A DNA stretch of 64,000 bases, from contig JAQGDQ010000636.1 of NCBI GenBank assembly GCA_030141605.1, positions 58,002 to 122,001 of the forward strand. The letters are read 5' to 3'. Positions 11,545-24,714 of the stretch are shown piece by piece. This DNA comes from Tubiluchus corallicola (Eukaryota; Animalia; Priapulida). A model generated the notes under the pieces. The model did not search any database and was not told the origin of the DNA. It was given only the letters and a program-made list of their open reading frames with translations. Positions within the stretch are counted from its first letter, which is position 1; every line of letters starts with the position of its first letter. The position numbers were made by a program, and so were the translations under genes.

Positions 11545-11865
11545 TTTATAGTTAAAACGACACAGCTTTTTACAAAGTTAAAATCATGCCAAAAGTTTTA
11601 TCTGACTACTGCTGTCATCATCAGTGGTAAATTTACAAACATACAACCAGTTTCTATAAGCATAGCCTATTATGCACTAATTAAGTAGTTAATAGAAGCG
11701 AAATAGGCAACGAATAAGCAGACCAGTAAAGAAATTGATACAGTAACTTTAACATTAATTATTACCACTGATGATAACAGAAATAGTCTGTCAAAATGTT
11801 TGGCATGATTTTAACTTTGTAAAGTAAAAGTTTTTAATAAAGTTGTCCTGTTTTAACTTTAAATA
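11545..11865. repeat. Inverted repeat / hairpin element, about 90-bp arms
   Basis: ttacaaagttaaaatcatgccaaa...catcagtggtaa (11572-11630) is mirrored by ttaccactgatg...tttggcatgattttaactttgtaa (11762-11822). Confidence 0.8.
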
Positions 11866-13190
11866 ATTATTGTAGATTTTATAGTTAATTATTTACTATT
11901 TTATGTTTCCATCTTGATTTTCTTAGTTTATTGCTAGTATGCAGAAACTGCTTTGCTTTTCTAGTTACAGCATTAGTCAGCATATTGCAATATGTGATAA
12001 TAATTAATATTCAGCTACGTAGACTAATTTAATGTGCGTTTAACTGTGAAATTGTCAGATTCAGATTTGGATAATGGATGAAATTGTCATATAACAATGA
12101 TTAGACAAAATGGAGTAATGGTGTGTTTAACGGAAAAGGAAATTGTTAAAGTTCCTTTTGTTAGTATCTTATGTTTATGTTATGTTTGTTAGTTTGTTAT
12201 GTTGATGTTGATATAGCTTTAATAATTCATATTGCTTTGTTATAATAAAAAATGTTCAAACTATTTGAAGTAACTCTTATGGGCTTAATAATAAATGGAG
12301 TCAGACTGTGTGCAAACATCGTATTTAAATAATCAGCAATATAAGTTTTTTTTGTCATTCTGAATTAAATTTATATTACAATTGCCACATTTGTACAATA
12401 ATTTAATTTTGCTGATTTAATACGATCCAATTTAAACTTAGTTACAGTTATACTAATAATATTAACAACTACAACGAGATATTTGAAAAGGAAATTACTT
12501 TAATTAGTAATTCATTTATTCAGTAGGGGTGAACATCGAACATTCAAATTCAATTTGAACCTAAAGCTATAATTTCGAATAATTCTGCTGCTCAATCAAA
12601 GACGTTATTTATCATTAAAACGATTAAAACATCATACAATTGGCATAATTTAGCTGTAATTTCCTTGCACAATTTTAAAGAAATTATTAGTGGTTTTATA
12701 TTTGTGTTCAAATTTAAACTTAATCTCAATAGTTTTACACACCTTATTCTGAAATCTTCGTCAAGATAACTGCGCATATTACTAATAGCAACATTACTTA
12801 CAGGGTGGTTGACTTTGGTAACTTTTAGTTTTTCACCACTCTTTCACCAATCACTTGAACATCATTAACTCCGATAATTTACTCATTTAATAATCCTGTC
12901 ACTTTGTATCATATTATCATTTCATGCTCTGTGTTTTTTTTTGTAAAAATGGTGAAAAATAAAGATACTAACTTACTTATTGTAGAACAAAATCGAGTAA
13001 TATTCATGGTATTCCTTTCTTAAGACTATTTACTGGTTTTTCGAAAATCTTACAATCTCAATTCGAATTCGAAATAATGAAGTTCAGTTTCAGTCAAATT
13101 CGAAAGTCACAAATTCCATTCGATTGGTATAGAATGCTCAATCCTTTTATTCATACAGAGAATTTCTATCAGGTATCGTCTGCGCGTAAT

Positions 13191-13290
13191 CATGTGGTGG
13201 TCGCGAAAAACAGCTTAACACTAACAAAATAGGTTCAGAGCCCCGTTTATGAAATTTCTGTAAACGGAACCAACATGGCTGCTTCGTAAA
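13191..13290 (+). promoter_or_regulatory. Putative core promoter of the second ZF gene (YY1-like AACATGGC motif)
   Basis: CpG-containing block homologous to 24232-24327: tggtcgc.gaaaaa...tttatgaaattt.tg.aaa...aac.aacatggc..cttc.taa. Confidence 0.45.
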
Positions 13291-13482
13291 TGAAAATTAC
13301 TGTTCTGTTTATTTAGAATAAAGTACTTTGAACACTGGAAATTTGAAGTTCCTGATACGACTGTGTTATTTTGTGCTTTTCGATTATGACAATAAATTAT
13401 AATTAATTCACGCGTTATATATTTCTGTAATCTGTCGTTTTAACGATCCCAGTATTTTGGCGTGAGAATTTTGTTTCTGAAT

Positions 13483-13620
13483 TATAATTAATACTTGTAT
13501 TATTCGGGTAGAGTTATAATAATACTTGTAATATTATTCGGGTAGAGCTATAATAATACTTGTAATATTATTCGGGTAGAGCTATAATAATACTTGTAAT
13601 ATTATTCGGGTAGAGCTTTT
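13483..13620. repeat. 34-bp tandem repeat, about 4 copies
   Basis: taataatacttgtaatattattcgggtagagcta repeated. Confidence 0.9.
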
Positions 13621-14586
13621 CGGGTATGAGTAAAGAGTTAAAAAATAGATGACAACAATGTAAATTTAACAAATGTGACTGCAGCTGGTTTTTTAAATAG
13701 CGATTATTATTTTAATTTGAAGCTAAAACTAGAACATTAGATGATAATTACATAGAACTATGTCTAGCACTTTGTTTGCATTTTTCGTGTTTTGATAACT
13801 TCTAGCTAATGCATTCTGGGATATTATAGGCCAATTGACCTATTTTTTACTAGGAAGTCAGTAAGTACAACGGTGTCCATCTAAGTTCGTGTGATATTGT
13901 ATTTTTTGTTGTATTCTTTGAGATACTGCGTGCTGTGATCCATCATTCACTTGCACGCCCACTAATAACTGTGTGGCAGGGCCGGAACCCAAATCACTAT
14001 CAAAGATTTACCACTAAGGGGAGTCAATGAACTGCATGTCGGATGAATATTTTAATACAGTAAACTTTGAGTTAGGCGATGTTGATCATTTTCCATTTTA
14101 AAAACTCTAAACCCCTCTGAGCTAAATAGAAGGCAGAAAGTCAACCCTTTCATGCATAAATTTGAGATTTGAAGAATAAGAAATTACTCAGTGAAACACG
14201 GCATTTTTATGTTACAAAACGACATGTACACGTCACTGTTAAACAATATGACGTGAGGCTACCAATGTCCTTCATACTGCAGTTCAGTTTGTGCATAGTT
14301 CAATTATTTGCATGCTCTCCATCAAGTATTCTGTTATCTTCATCTGTACCACAGTCATGTGCCTGTTTTTCCCCCGGAAGATGTTAATGTTTTTGAGTTG
14401 TACATTTTATATCTTTTAGATATATCTTAAGCTTTTTATCTTTTTAGAGTATAAATTGCATTTTTTAGTTTGGCAAATATTTTGAGTTAAACGACGTTCT
14501 TGTGGGAAAAGCAAATGATTTCATCTGTTCCGCTGAAATTCTTTGAGTTAGTACAAAATTTCAGTTGCACGAAACTTACTGTAGTT

Positions 14587-14988
14587 CAGGGGTGTGCAAA
14601 TTATCTGACTAGCCGGGCCACATTAAACATTCTTGCAATTCCTGTGTGCCACATGCAGTTTGATCAAGGAGCCAAGTACAGTAGGGCCTAATAACAATTT
14701 GCATCCGATTTGTGCACATCATTACTACTACACTCAAGAAACTATTTTAGAAGTTATTAAAACTTATATTAAAACCATATATTTCGTCATGTCCGACAGT
14801 GACATTAAGTGACAACGGTCTTGTAAGTGTTAATGCCATCCGATCTAGAGGAAAAAACTACCCGCACTATCTTTGCGATATTGGCGCAGACTTCAGCTGG
14901 ACCGCGTGGGCCGCACTTTCATTATGTTGACAAACCTCTTTGCGGGCCGCACAAGATCTCTCAGCAGGCCGCAGTTTGCACACCCCTG
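14587..14988. mobile_element. hAT (Charlie-like) MITE
   Basis: Terminal inverted repeats CAGGGGTGTGCAAA / TTTGCACACCCCTG, subterminal GCGGGCCGCA motifs, 8-bp flanks ctgtagtt / ttgtagtt (7 of 8 match). Confidence 0.85.
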
Positions 14989-15829
14989 TTGTAGTTCATT
15001 CATTTGTTCTTATTCGTTGCTGCTTTTTTTGGTTTAATTGCCTTGGAAATTTCCAAGATGTAGAACTGCTGTTTCCCAACTTTTTATTTATTGAAATTTC
15101 TGTTAGAAAATCGTTCTCCCGTAAACGACATCCTTATTCAGTCCCGGAAAATTTATATACGAGTTGAACTTCTGTTGACTTAATTTCTTCCTCTTCTTTT
15201 TATAACATTTTATCTAAAGCGAAAAGAGCATATCAACACATTGCAAAGCCCTAGGCTGATAATTTAGTTCCACATCTCTCTATTATGGATTTTTGGATAT
15301 GTTTATATGTATAAGAAGTGCAGTACATAATTACTTGTTGTGTATTAATGGCAGTATTACCTAATAATTACATGGATGTCGTTAATTACATTCATTCGCA
15401 TATCACTTATATCTTAGCAGGCTGCGCAAAAATTTGTGGTGTATTGATACCCTATTACCTATTACCTTGCCCGCAACACATTTACCTTCGTGTATAAATG
15501 AACAGTGTTTGAGGCTTTTCCTGTGCAGTATTTCTTATTTGTATTATATCCAGTATAGGCCCTTTCACTGGATATTGTACATGAAACTATTGTAAATGTG
15601 TAAGGTGAAACAAATGACTTATGACTTACCTAGTACCTACATGGTATTGCTAATTGATTATATGTCAGCAGGCTATGCAACTGTTTGTAGTGTATTACTT
15701 TTCATGGGTTAACTGTACTTGTCTGTTAATGTTGCTTATATAAAGGCAGCTCAGTAAATACTTGAAATGTGTTACATATGTGTGCTTGCATAGCAAAATC
15801 GTTCATATGTTGGCAATTAAGCTTTTCTA

Positions 15830-16030
15830 GTTATTCACATATCCTGCATCTCTATTTCGTGAGGATCATTTTGATACCAAGCTCATCACTTTATGTTATT
15901 TCTAAGCTGAAATAATCCATGATTAAGTTGAGTTGCAGGCTGCACACTGAAAAACTTAACCTTGAGAAAATCGAAGTTACCCATTGTTTTTGTCGCGTTT
16001 CTACAAAACACTTAGTAACCGTTCGAGAGA
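15830..16030. repeat. Dispersed repeat fragment, inverted copy at about 27710-27920
   Basis: tttcgtgaggatcattttgataccaagctcatca...tgcacactgaaaaac...ttgagaaaatcg...tttctacaaaacact has its reverse complement at 27720-27900. Confidence 0.7.
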
Positions 16031-16879
16031 TTGGTTGACTTTGCAAGAACACAAGTTATGTTTAAATTCTGTAGATGGCTCCACCTGACAATGATGTGGG
16101 CTTCTCAGCAGAAAAAACCCGAAGCAAAATGACTCCTTCCACAAGCTACTATCTGAGTTTGAAAATAAAGTTTTTAGCAATTGCAGTACTAGTTTTTAGC
16201 CAGAAAAGTGGGTGCGGGATTATATGACTAGATTTTTACGATTTTTTGAACTTTTTCTTGATAATTTGATGCTAGAATATAAAATTCTAATATACTTGGC
16301 ATTTATTTAGATAAAAACAAAGAATCGACATTTGACCAAATTTTTAGTGCTTTTTACTTTGAAGCATCATGATGCAGTTTGCCGACTTGTGGACAGTTTT
16401 GGTTCGCAAGCACACAAGAATGTGAATATGAATATGAAACGACATGGATTTTGCTGAAGAGAATAAAAAATTTTTAGCACTGGTCCCCCTAAATCTGGCT
16501 ACAGCCTCGTTCGCCTTTTGGTGAATATCCCCCCCCCCCCGAGTGACCATTGTTCTTTTTCATGGCAATTTGTATGCAAAAGTACATTTTCCCTCTTCGA
16601 GACAATCAATGTCTGGCAAATGAAACCACCTAGAGGGAGTATTGAACCCGCATGGTTTTTACCATCTATGCAAAATATGACCATTTAGCCATGAACCCAC
16701 CCGTTATGAGCATTTACTGCAATAACAATGTAGTAATTGTTACATTGTACTATGTTACATTGTTACAATTATTACAGTGTAATAACTGATGAGTAACTGC
16801 TGGTTCACTTTTTTTAATTAACTGATAATTATATATTTTTTACGCAAACAAGTTTAAAATCAATTTTTTGTTTGTTAAG

Positions 16880-17680
16880 ATGGATCAGCTGGGAGAAGCA
16901 GCTTCTTTGAAAATGAAATGTGTTGCTACAGAAGCAATTACTGAAGATAAGATGAAGAAAGGTGAAAATGATAATGCCATGGACGGGGGGAAAGTACATC
17001 TTACAACTTTTAAAACTGAACCCGATAAAATGGAAGATGGCGAAATGTATGAGTCACCAGACGTAGATCTCCAAACCGATTTTGTTGATCCAAAAACTGA
17101 AGTTGACAATAGTGAGGCTGATCTTGAAGATACAGCAGATCAATGTGACAATGGCGAAGTTGTTACTGAAGACACAGTTGATCAGTGTGGTGAGTTTGAT
17201 GTAGAAGACAATATTAAGAGACCATTAAAAACATGCAGAAGAAAAAAGTGCTTTTTGTGTTCTTACTGTGGTACAGTTTTTGCTCATTCTGGCAATTTGG
17301 CTGAACATATAAAAACTCACACTGGAGAAAAACCTTATAAATGTCGCCACTGTCAAGCTGCCTTTGCTCGAACAAGTCACTTGAAAAAACATGTCATGAG
17401 GATTCACACAGAAGAAAAACCATACAAATGTGATATGTGTTCAGCTGCGTTTTGTGATCCAAGTAGCTTTAAACGTCATTCGAGAACTCACACTGGAGAA
17501 AAACCTTATCAGTGTACCATCTGTCCTGCTGCATTTTCCGAGTCAGGTAGTTTAAACAAACATTTGAGAATGCATTATGGAGACAAGCGTTTCAAATGCA
17601 CTTACTGTAGTAAAGCCTTTGTTCAATCAAGCAACTTGAAGTATCATATGAAAAGATCACACTCGCGAAAAACCCTTTAA
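16880..17680 (+). CDS. C2H2 zinc-finger protein, 5 fingers, acidic N-terminus (266 aa from the first ATG)
   Basis: The ATG follows a putative acceptor tttgttaag|; starts MDQ like ZF gene 1; five C2H2 fingers with TGEKPY linkers. Confidence 0.9.
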   Translation: MDQLGEAASLKMKCVATEAITEDKMKKGENDNAMDGGKVHLTTFKTEPDKMEDGEMYESPDVDLQTDFVDPKTEVDNSEADLEDTADQCDNGEVVTEDTVDQCGEFDVEDNIKRPLKTCRRKKCFLCSYCGTVFAHSGNLAEHIKTHTGEKPYKCRHCQAAFARTSHLKKHVMRIHTEEKPYKCDMCSAAFCDPSSFKRHSRTHTGEKPYQCTICPAAFSESGSLNKHLRMHYGDKRFKCTYCSKAFVQSSNLKYHMKRSHSRKTL

Positions 17681-18965
17681 GTGTTTTCTGTGTGATTCTG
17701 CACTATGCAATTACTAACCGTCATTGTTACTGTAATCAGATTACTTTTTGTAGTAGCCAGTAATGTAACACATCTGCTCTGCTTAGTTCCCATATTTAAT
17801 TTACTCATTACTTTAGCACTTACACTACTAAACATTTGTTACTTATATTTATTCAAGACTAACATTTTTGACATTGTTGTGGTCATTTAGATGCATCTCT
17901 GTATGGACCTTGTTTGACATTCGTGGTATAACCTTCTATGGTTACAGCTGATTATAGACTCCAGGTTTGGCCATGTACACGGTGTACATACCATAGGACG
18001 ATATAGGTTAAGTAAGGTAAAAGTGTGAACGCTATTGTATTTGCTTGTTAGCAAAGTATAGGAGTGAAGTAGAAGCTCTTACAGAATGCCAATACTTGCA
18101 CAGCCATTACTTTAGATTTATAGATACAGAAAAACTAAATATATCAGTGCAGTGCACCGCGTCTGCAGGAAAAACTATTATCTACATGTAAAAACTCACA
18201 TCAAAGTTGATGAAACGCTTGAACTATCGTCATGGTAATGTGAAATTAACAAGTAAATGTCCTGATAAGGTCAGTAAGGGAAGTCTTTGAACAATCTTTG
18301 AAACAAGCAAATTTACTGTTTGATAATCATGTAATGTCCACTGAAAAAGTCTGTAGCTTGATCTTAAGGTACCGTAAAAGCGTTGCAATGAATTTTGTTT
18401 GTAGTGTGAATTGTAAAACCTATAGAACATGAGGAGTACTGCACACATAATGCTCTTATTTCACTTAACAGTTTTTGTTAAAGCATCATTCAAACTAGCA
18501 CAGAAAAGGAATGAGTAGTCAATGAAGGATTACCCTTGCTAAAAGTAATCAGTAATGAGTAATTTTATTATAATTTTTCTGAAGTAATTAACAATCATGC
18601 CAAATTTACTTTTCAATAGTAACAAACCCAATACTGGCCATTGTTTATTTTTTCTTGACACAGTAGTGAACACTGTTTATTGTCATTTTGTGTTATTTAC
18701 AATTAAGCACTAATGAAAAAGTGGAAAAATCATAATTTTGATTTCCAATGACGTTGTAACTATAAAATTGCACTGAATATGTTGAAAAATTCAGAATTCC
18801 GTTGTTGGTATTACTGGTATTATTACTATAGTTTATTTATTTTGGCAATGTGAACATTTTATAGCTGTTTTACAAAATAAAAAATTATAGTAAAACATAA
18901 AAACAAATCATGCTTTAGTGAAAATGATGGAAATTGTGTTGGTGCCTAACTCCTTCAGGACAGCA

Positions 18966-19290
18966 CAGTGGCGGGTCGTGTATAGGCAGTGTGGAACTAC
19001 AGCACCACCTATTTTCACTCAAAATTGAAAAATTGATAATATTCATCATAGGAAGTCTTGCTCTTTAATATTGCATATTTTCGAACTGCTGCAATTTAGG
19101 CTATTTGTAAGCAAAGATTTTTGTTTAGGATTTTATAAAGTTTATGTATAAATATTTGTATATTTGTTTCTTTAAAATTACAAATTACAATAATAAAATT
19201 GCGTATGTTTGTTTTGTTGTAAGCAATAAAACAATGGCTAAAAAATTTCTAAAACAGCATGCCACTAATTTTGGCTACGGGCCACCACTG
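18966..19290. mobile_element. hAT-type MITE (older)
   Basis: Terminal inverted repeats cagtggcgggtcgt / acgggccaccactg; 8-bp flanks ggacagca / cgactgca (6 of 8 match). Confidence 0.6.
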
Positions 19291-20961
19291 CGACTGCACA
19301 TTAATTTGTACTTCAAGCTTGAAAGCAAAAGTCAAATGAAATAAGTGTACATTATTTATGCAGTGACATGACTGAACAAAAAAATCATAATTTCCTGTGT
19401 ACAAAAATCTTTATTACTGATCCACGAATACAATATTGTTGTGGACGAAAGATAAAAATACATACGTGTGAAATGTTTAGTAATATTAATAATATTCAAC
19501 AATTCATTTATTATCCTTTACCAATTTTCCGAATCCTGTATTTTTAAATTGCGCATGCCCAAAGGGTCATTCTATTAAAAATGTAGAATTGTTGCCTGTT
19601 CAGGAAAATAGTACAAAAAAGCAAAAAGACAGAATTGAAATCCTAATTCAATGTAAAATTTGTTAGCCAAATTATAATTGTTATAATAATTATTTTTTCT
19701 TATTCGTGCCTTTTTCATGGTGCTGTAGTACTTGTAGGCTGTAGCTTACGTGTTTCTCTCACAGGAACTATTCTGGGAGTGGTGGCAAGAAATGGCGCCG
19801 TACCACTAAAACATTACAGCGTCATGTTTATGAGATTTCTGCTAAGTGAAATGACATGGCGGCCTTACTGTATAATTTTGTTTTCAATGTAAAATATTTA
19901 TGATATTCGACAGTTTTACGAGGGTTTTTTAACTAATGTAAGTTTTAGTTAAGTGAGTATAAATCCAGTTTATACAATAAATACTTTTGTGGTATTGGCC
20001 GCAAAACACTTACGTTATTAAAAAGCAGTAACCAATCAGGAAACGCACGCAAAGCACCAAAAATGGTCGCAAAAAGTACATAGTATGTGTTGACAAGATC
20101 TTTTTGGATGAAATAGAGGTAAGTCAGCAGCTGTCCTCCTTGTGGTTTCTTTTCTTTCTGCAGTGCTTCTTTGAAAACAAATTTTAATGGCTGTAATCTG
20201 GTAGTCGTATAACATGTCCTATCCGTCTTGATCTTCTCCCTTTGTTTTTAATTGTCCATTCCTCTACCTTGACTTTCTTATACAGATCCTGGTTTGATAT
20301 TTTCTTTGGCCATTTTATTGCTAAAATGTTCCTGTTGTTTCTTCTTTGGAATACATCTATTTCTGATTTGTGTTACGTTTTGATTCCATAATTCTGGGCT
20401 GTAGAAAAACACAGTTACCACAATTGCAACAAAGTGATTGTAGTGTAGTATCATGGACTCTAAAGATGAACTTTTACATATTGCCATTCTAGAAAACTCG
20501 TTCATCACAATTGGTAAAATGCTGGCTTGGCTCTACTATTTGCACATTTTCACAAGTTCAAATCCCAGTTATGGTTTTAACTTTTTTAGCTCGCACACTA
20601 TTGGTTTATGCTCAGACTTGAAGACTTGAATCATAACATTTTGCAACTTAGACTTAGTACAAAACATTTTATTACTGGAGACATCGAAGCATAAAATGCA
20701 AATCAAGACGCGAGTTCAATTCCTGAATATTAGAAACATTGAAGAACATGAAGCGTGGAGACTCAGAATGATTTTTCTGTCGATTTTCACTTGGTTTCGA
20801 CGGAATTTTTGTTTTTTTTGGGGGGAATACATTTGAGTTTATTGTTTTTGCTAAGCAATGACTTGAAAATTGAGAAACTCAAAAACTGATTGCTTAAAAA
20901 TAATGCAAATGTTAACAATTGAGTCAAATAAAAAATAATTATTGTTTTTATTTTTTTATAG

Positions 20962-21330
20962 GTGGCACTGCAATCGGGCACTTAAGACATTTTGATTTTG
21001 GTTTGAGAACAAGAAGGATAATAATGTAGAACCTTTGCAAGCAGCTGAAGATGGATACATTCAAAGAGTGCAGCTATTGCTCATTGAAGGTTCTAACTGT
21101 AATTTTAGAGAAGACTGGAGAGGAGGAGACTGTTCTTGAAGCAGCTTGTAATGGATACATGAATGTAGTTCAGCTTTTAGATTTCCAGCGAAACTATTAA
21201 ACACGATAATGGCACACATTTGGTAACTAAACCTAAGGACAAATTTGTGCCAATTGCTTGCAAAGTCATGGCAGATGTAGTCAGGGAGCAAAGCCTTTTT
21301 GTTGTAAAGATGAAGTACAACAAAAAAATT
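20962..21330 (+). pseudogene. Degenerate ankyrin-repeat coding remnant
   Basis: After acceptor tttttatag|, frame-shifted pieces read ..GHL.., LQAAEDGYIQRVQLLLIEGSNCN, ETVLEAACNGYMNVVQLL and IACK..ADVVRE, which match the ANK consensus TPLH.AA..G...VV.LLL..GA.VN. Interrupted by frameshifts and stops. Confidence 0.6.
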
Positions 21331-21955
21331 TGTCTGACAGTTCACATGGTTTACTATGAAGAGTTGTACATAGCTTTACCCCTACCCATTGATTTCTCAC
21401 GTGCCTTTGACATTTGTGAACATGAGTCTCGGATGTCGGATCACGGATCGCACATCGCACACAGATCTAACACGGACTTGTACTTATGCATTTACTTGTA
21501 TAATTACTTAAACGTTTTCCAGATTTTCGCGTTTATTGTAATTATTTCAACGTTCCTTCATACTCTTGTGTTATAGAATTCTCGTTAAATAAAGTAGTAA
21601 TATTTAATGGCGTGTTTTCTGGTTTTCTCTACGAGCTTTCAGAGAGAAACAAAACACAACAAACAGTTTATGTTATCAAGTCAGGAAGAAAGCGGAGGGG
21701 TAAACAGCTTGCCAGAAGAGAGAAAAACAGTGATGCATCATACGAAAGGGTTACCGAAAAAAAACCTTTACGGTGAACCATTGAAGTTTAATGACGAAGA
21801 CCTGGACAGTAACAACATGGGAAAATTGTCCAATATTCTAGACGTCCAGCTGAGTAAGATGGTACGCTCCTTTGAAGAGAGCTTTCCTTCATGAAGTAAA
21901 TGAAGGTTTGTGTTTGCAAATTAGAAAAACAAATGTGAAAGAGGAACTTAATGAA

Positions 21956-22270
21956 GAACAGGGACTTGATAAAGCAGACAAACAGGGACTTGATAAAGCA
22001 GAAAAACAGGGACTTCATAAAGCAGACAAACAGGGACTTGATAAAGCAGAAAAACAGGGACTTGATAAAGCAGACAAACAGGGACTTGATAAAGCAGAAA
22101 AACAGGGACTTGATAAAGCAGACAAACAGGGACCTCATAAAGCAGACAAACAGGGACTTGATAAAGCAGAAAAACAGGGACTTGATAAAGCAGACAAGCA
22201 GGGACTTGATGAAGCAGGCAAACAGGGACTTGATGAAGCAGACAAACAAGGACTTCATAAAGCAGACAAA
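21956..22270. repeat. 24-bp minisatellite (aacagggacttgataaagcagama), about 13 copies, alternating variants
   Basis: Tandem periodicity; gaca/gaaa variants alternate, giving a 48-bp higher-order period. Confidence 0.93.
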
Positions 22271-22410
22271 GTGTACAAATTCCAAAGTACGTGATGAAAC
22301 GTAGACTGGATTGATAATTAAGTCTCTCTCAAACTAGGAATGAATTCCTAGATTCACTTTTAAATGCTGACCTTGAAATTGCTTTACAGCTGAGGAAGAA
22401 TTTAATGTTT

Positions 22411-22661
22411 GTTTATAGGAGGCAGCATATTAAAGAGGCTCACGAGGCTGTGCGCTACTTAGTTTATAGGAGGCAGCGTATTAAAGAGGCTCACGAGGCT
22501 GTGCGCTAGTTAGTTTATAGAAGGCAGCATATAAAAGAGGCTCACGAGGCTGTGCGCTAGTTAGTTTATAGGAGGCAGCATATTAAAGAGGCTCACGAGG
22601 CTGTGCGCTAGTTAGTTTATATGAGGCAGCATATTAAAGAGGCTCACGAGGCTGTGCGCTA
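22411..22661. repeat. 51-bp tandem repeat, about 5 copies
   Basis: gtttataggaggcagcatattaaagaggctcacgaggctgtgcgctagtta repeated at 51-nt spacing (22411, 22462, ...). Confidence 0.93.
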
Positions 22662-24231
22662 TCACGTTACAATTAACAGGAATGTAAAAAATTTCAGTTG
22701 AACCAGAAACTGTATATATAAAATGTAGCATGATTTTACACGTAATGAACAAGAAAATTTTTGCGTTTTTTAATTGTGATGTTAAATGACTACTATAGTT
22801 AATATTTCTATTGATTCGTTGTTGTTTACTTTCACACAGTTTTTTATAATTTCACAAATTCACAAAAAAATTATAATGGCTGAGCTCATTGTGTAATAAT
22901 GATAATTTATTGGATTTTTTAAAGCATCAAATGGACGAATAAAATTCATATACATAAATCTTAACAAATATGTATTTTTGTATGCAGTACATGTGCGAAC
23001 TAAATGTTGAACACACCTTCAGTTTATTATATTTGTGCATTCAAATATAAGTTAGAAAAAAAAATTAAATATGATTTGAACCTTTGAATTACAAGCGCAA
23101 AAATACTTGGGCCACTCAGTTTCTTACCTGTACATTTTGATTAGTGATTTTTCATCGTTGTATAATTTGTAATTATTCTATTTAATAATACATGTGTGAA
23201 AAGAAACTGTGTATTGGGATTGGGTATTGTAAAACCATGTCGCGAAGATTTTGCATATTGTGTATGGTGCGCGCCATTTTATTCCTGTGGCAAAATTCGA
23301 TTTTATGCGTGATGAACAATTTACAGTTTTAAATAAATCTTTCTGTATCAAATAATTGGAACTTATCGGTGATTGTACTTATGAAAGAATTCTCCATCAC
23401 AAAGCGAATTCGAAACGGAATATGAATTTCAGAAGTATAGTTCTGAGTGATTTTTTGAACAAGTTTTCGAACCACCAGTAAAAAGTGATTAACTATCAAC
23501 AAATAGAGGAGATTGTTTTATGCTTGGTTTTCTAGAGAGAAAAGAAAAGAGAAACAAAACAGCAACCGACAAAATATTATTACTGGGTTGTCGCAACAGT
23601 TATGGTGGCAGCAATGGCACTAGTTACAATAGAAGTGGTTGTAACGTAGTAACAACTATACTATTATAACTCTGCAGTGCCTATAGCAGAAGCTGTAGTA
23701 GTTTCATTTGACCTTAAATATTCTTGCGCGGCAGCTGGAATACAAATTGCACGGCAGTGAAGTGGTTACGCATAGAAAGCACGGACATGTAAACTAGAAG
23801 CATAAACTGCTAAAATAATTTGTCTCAAAGTTATCAGACACAGTTAATAATTATAAGAAATTAACTATGCTGTGAACAAAACAAAAATTAAGCCAGCAAA
23901 AAATAAGGATAATTTTATAACAATGCAGCATGCTACTAATATCACTCAACAAAAATAGTGCATTCAAGCGTAACTACATTACTTTCCAGATAGCCTTTAT
24001 CATTAGAGTAGATTTTTTTCTAGATAAATAATACCTTTTAAGAAATTATTATTGATTAGGTTATCTGAAAAGTCTTATTGAATACCCTTTGTACGTGTAC
24101 ATGTTCATTCTTTAAGCATTACAATTATTAATGGCAGCCGAATTACAATTATTATGAATATTTGCTTTTTATTCGTTGTGCGCTGTGTAGAATCATTAAT
24201 TTTCCTTTTCTTACAAGAACTGTAACGATAG

Positions 24232-24327
24232 ACACGTGGTCGCAGAAAAAGTGGTACAACATTAAACAGAGTCGGTACGTTATTTATGAAATTTTTGCAA
24301 AGCGAACTAACATGGCGACTTCATAAC
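24232..24327 (+). promoter_or_regulatory. Putative core promoter of the third ZF gene (YY1-like AACATGGCG motif)
   Basis: Homologous to 13191-13290; about 2 kb upstream of the ZF3 acceptor. Confidence 0.45.
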
Positions 24328-24714
24328 ACTAAACTTGCAATATTTTTTATATGCGAGGTTTTACGAACTTCTTATATCGATGGCTTTCTGTTTTTTTAAC
24401 TACTACATGTTTTACTGAATATGAAACTTGTAGCATCGAGAGCAAAACTAGTCTGCAAATAACACAACTGTGGAAAAAGCTTTCAGTGTAGGTTATGAAA
24501 AACAGTTTTGTTTTCTGAAAGTCCTACCTATGCCACAAGTGTTTTTCTTGACCCTTGCAGCCATTGTATAATGCCATCCTCGTGCTGAAATTATAAGGTC
24601 TAGCGAGAAAATTGGCTCAGTTACCGGTAAGAAGCTCTAGCCTTGCGCTATTGTTTTGCTCGTCAGTTTAAAGTTTAGGTTAAAGTTTACAGTTTTTAGT
24701 CTCGCATTAGTGTA

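Noticed and set aside
20505-20575. tRNA gene or tRNA-SINE head (caattggtaaaatgctgg...gttcaaatccc)
   Set aside because: Only box-like remnants; no cloverleaf could be formed and no second copy was seen.
22411-22661. 51-bp and 59-bp arrays as CRISPR repeats
   Set aside because: Contiguous tandem units without spacers.
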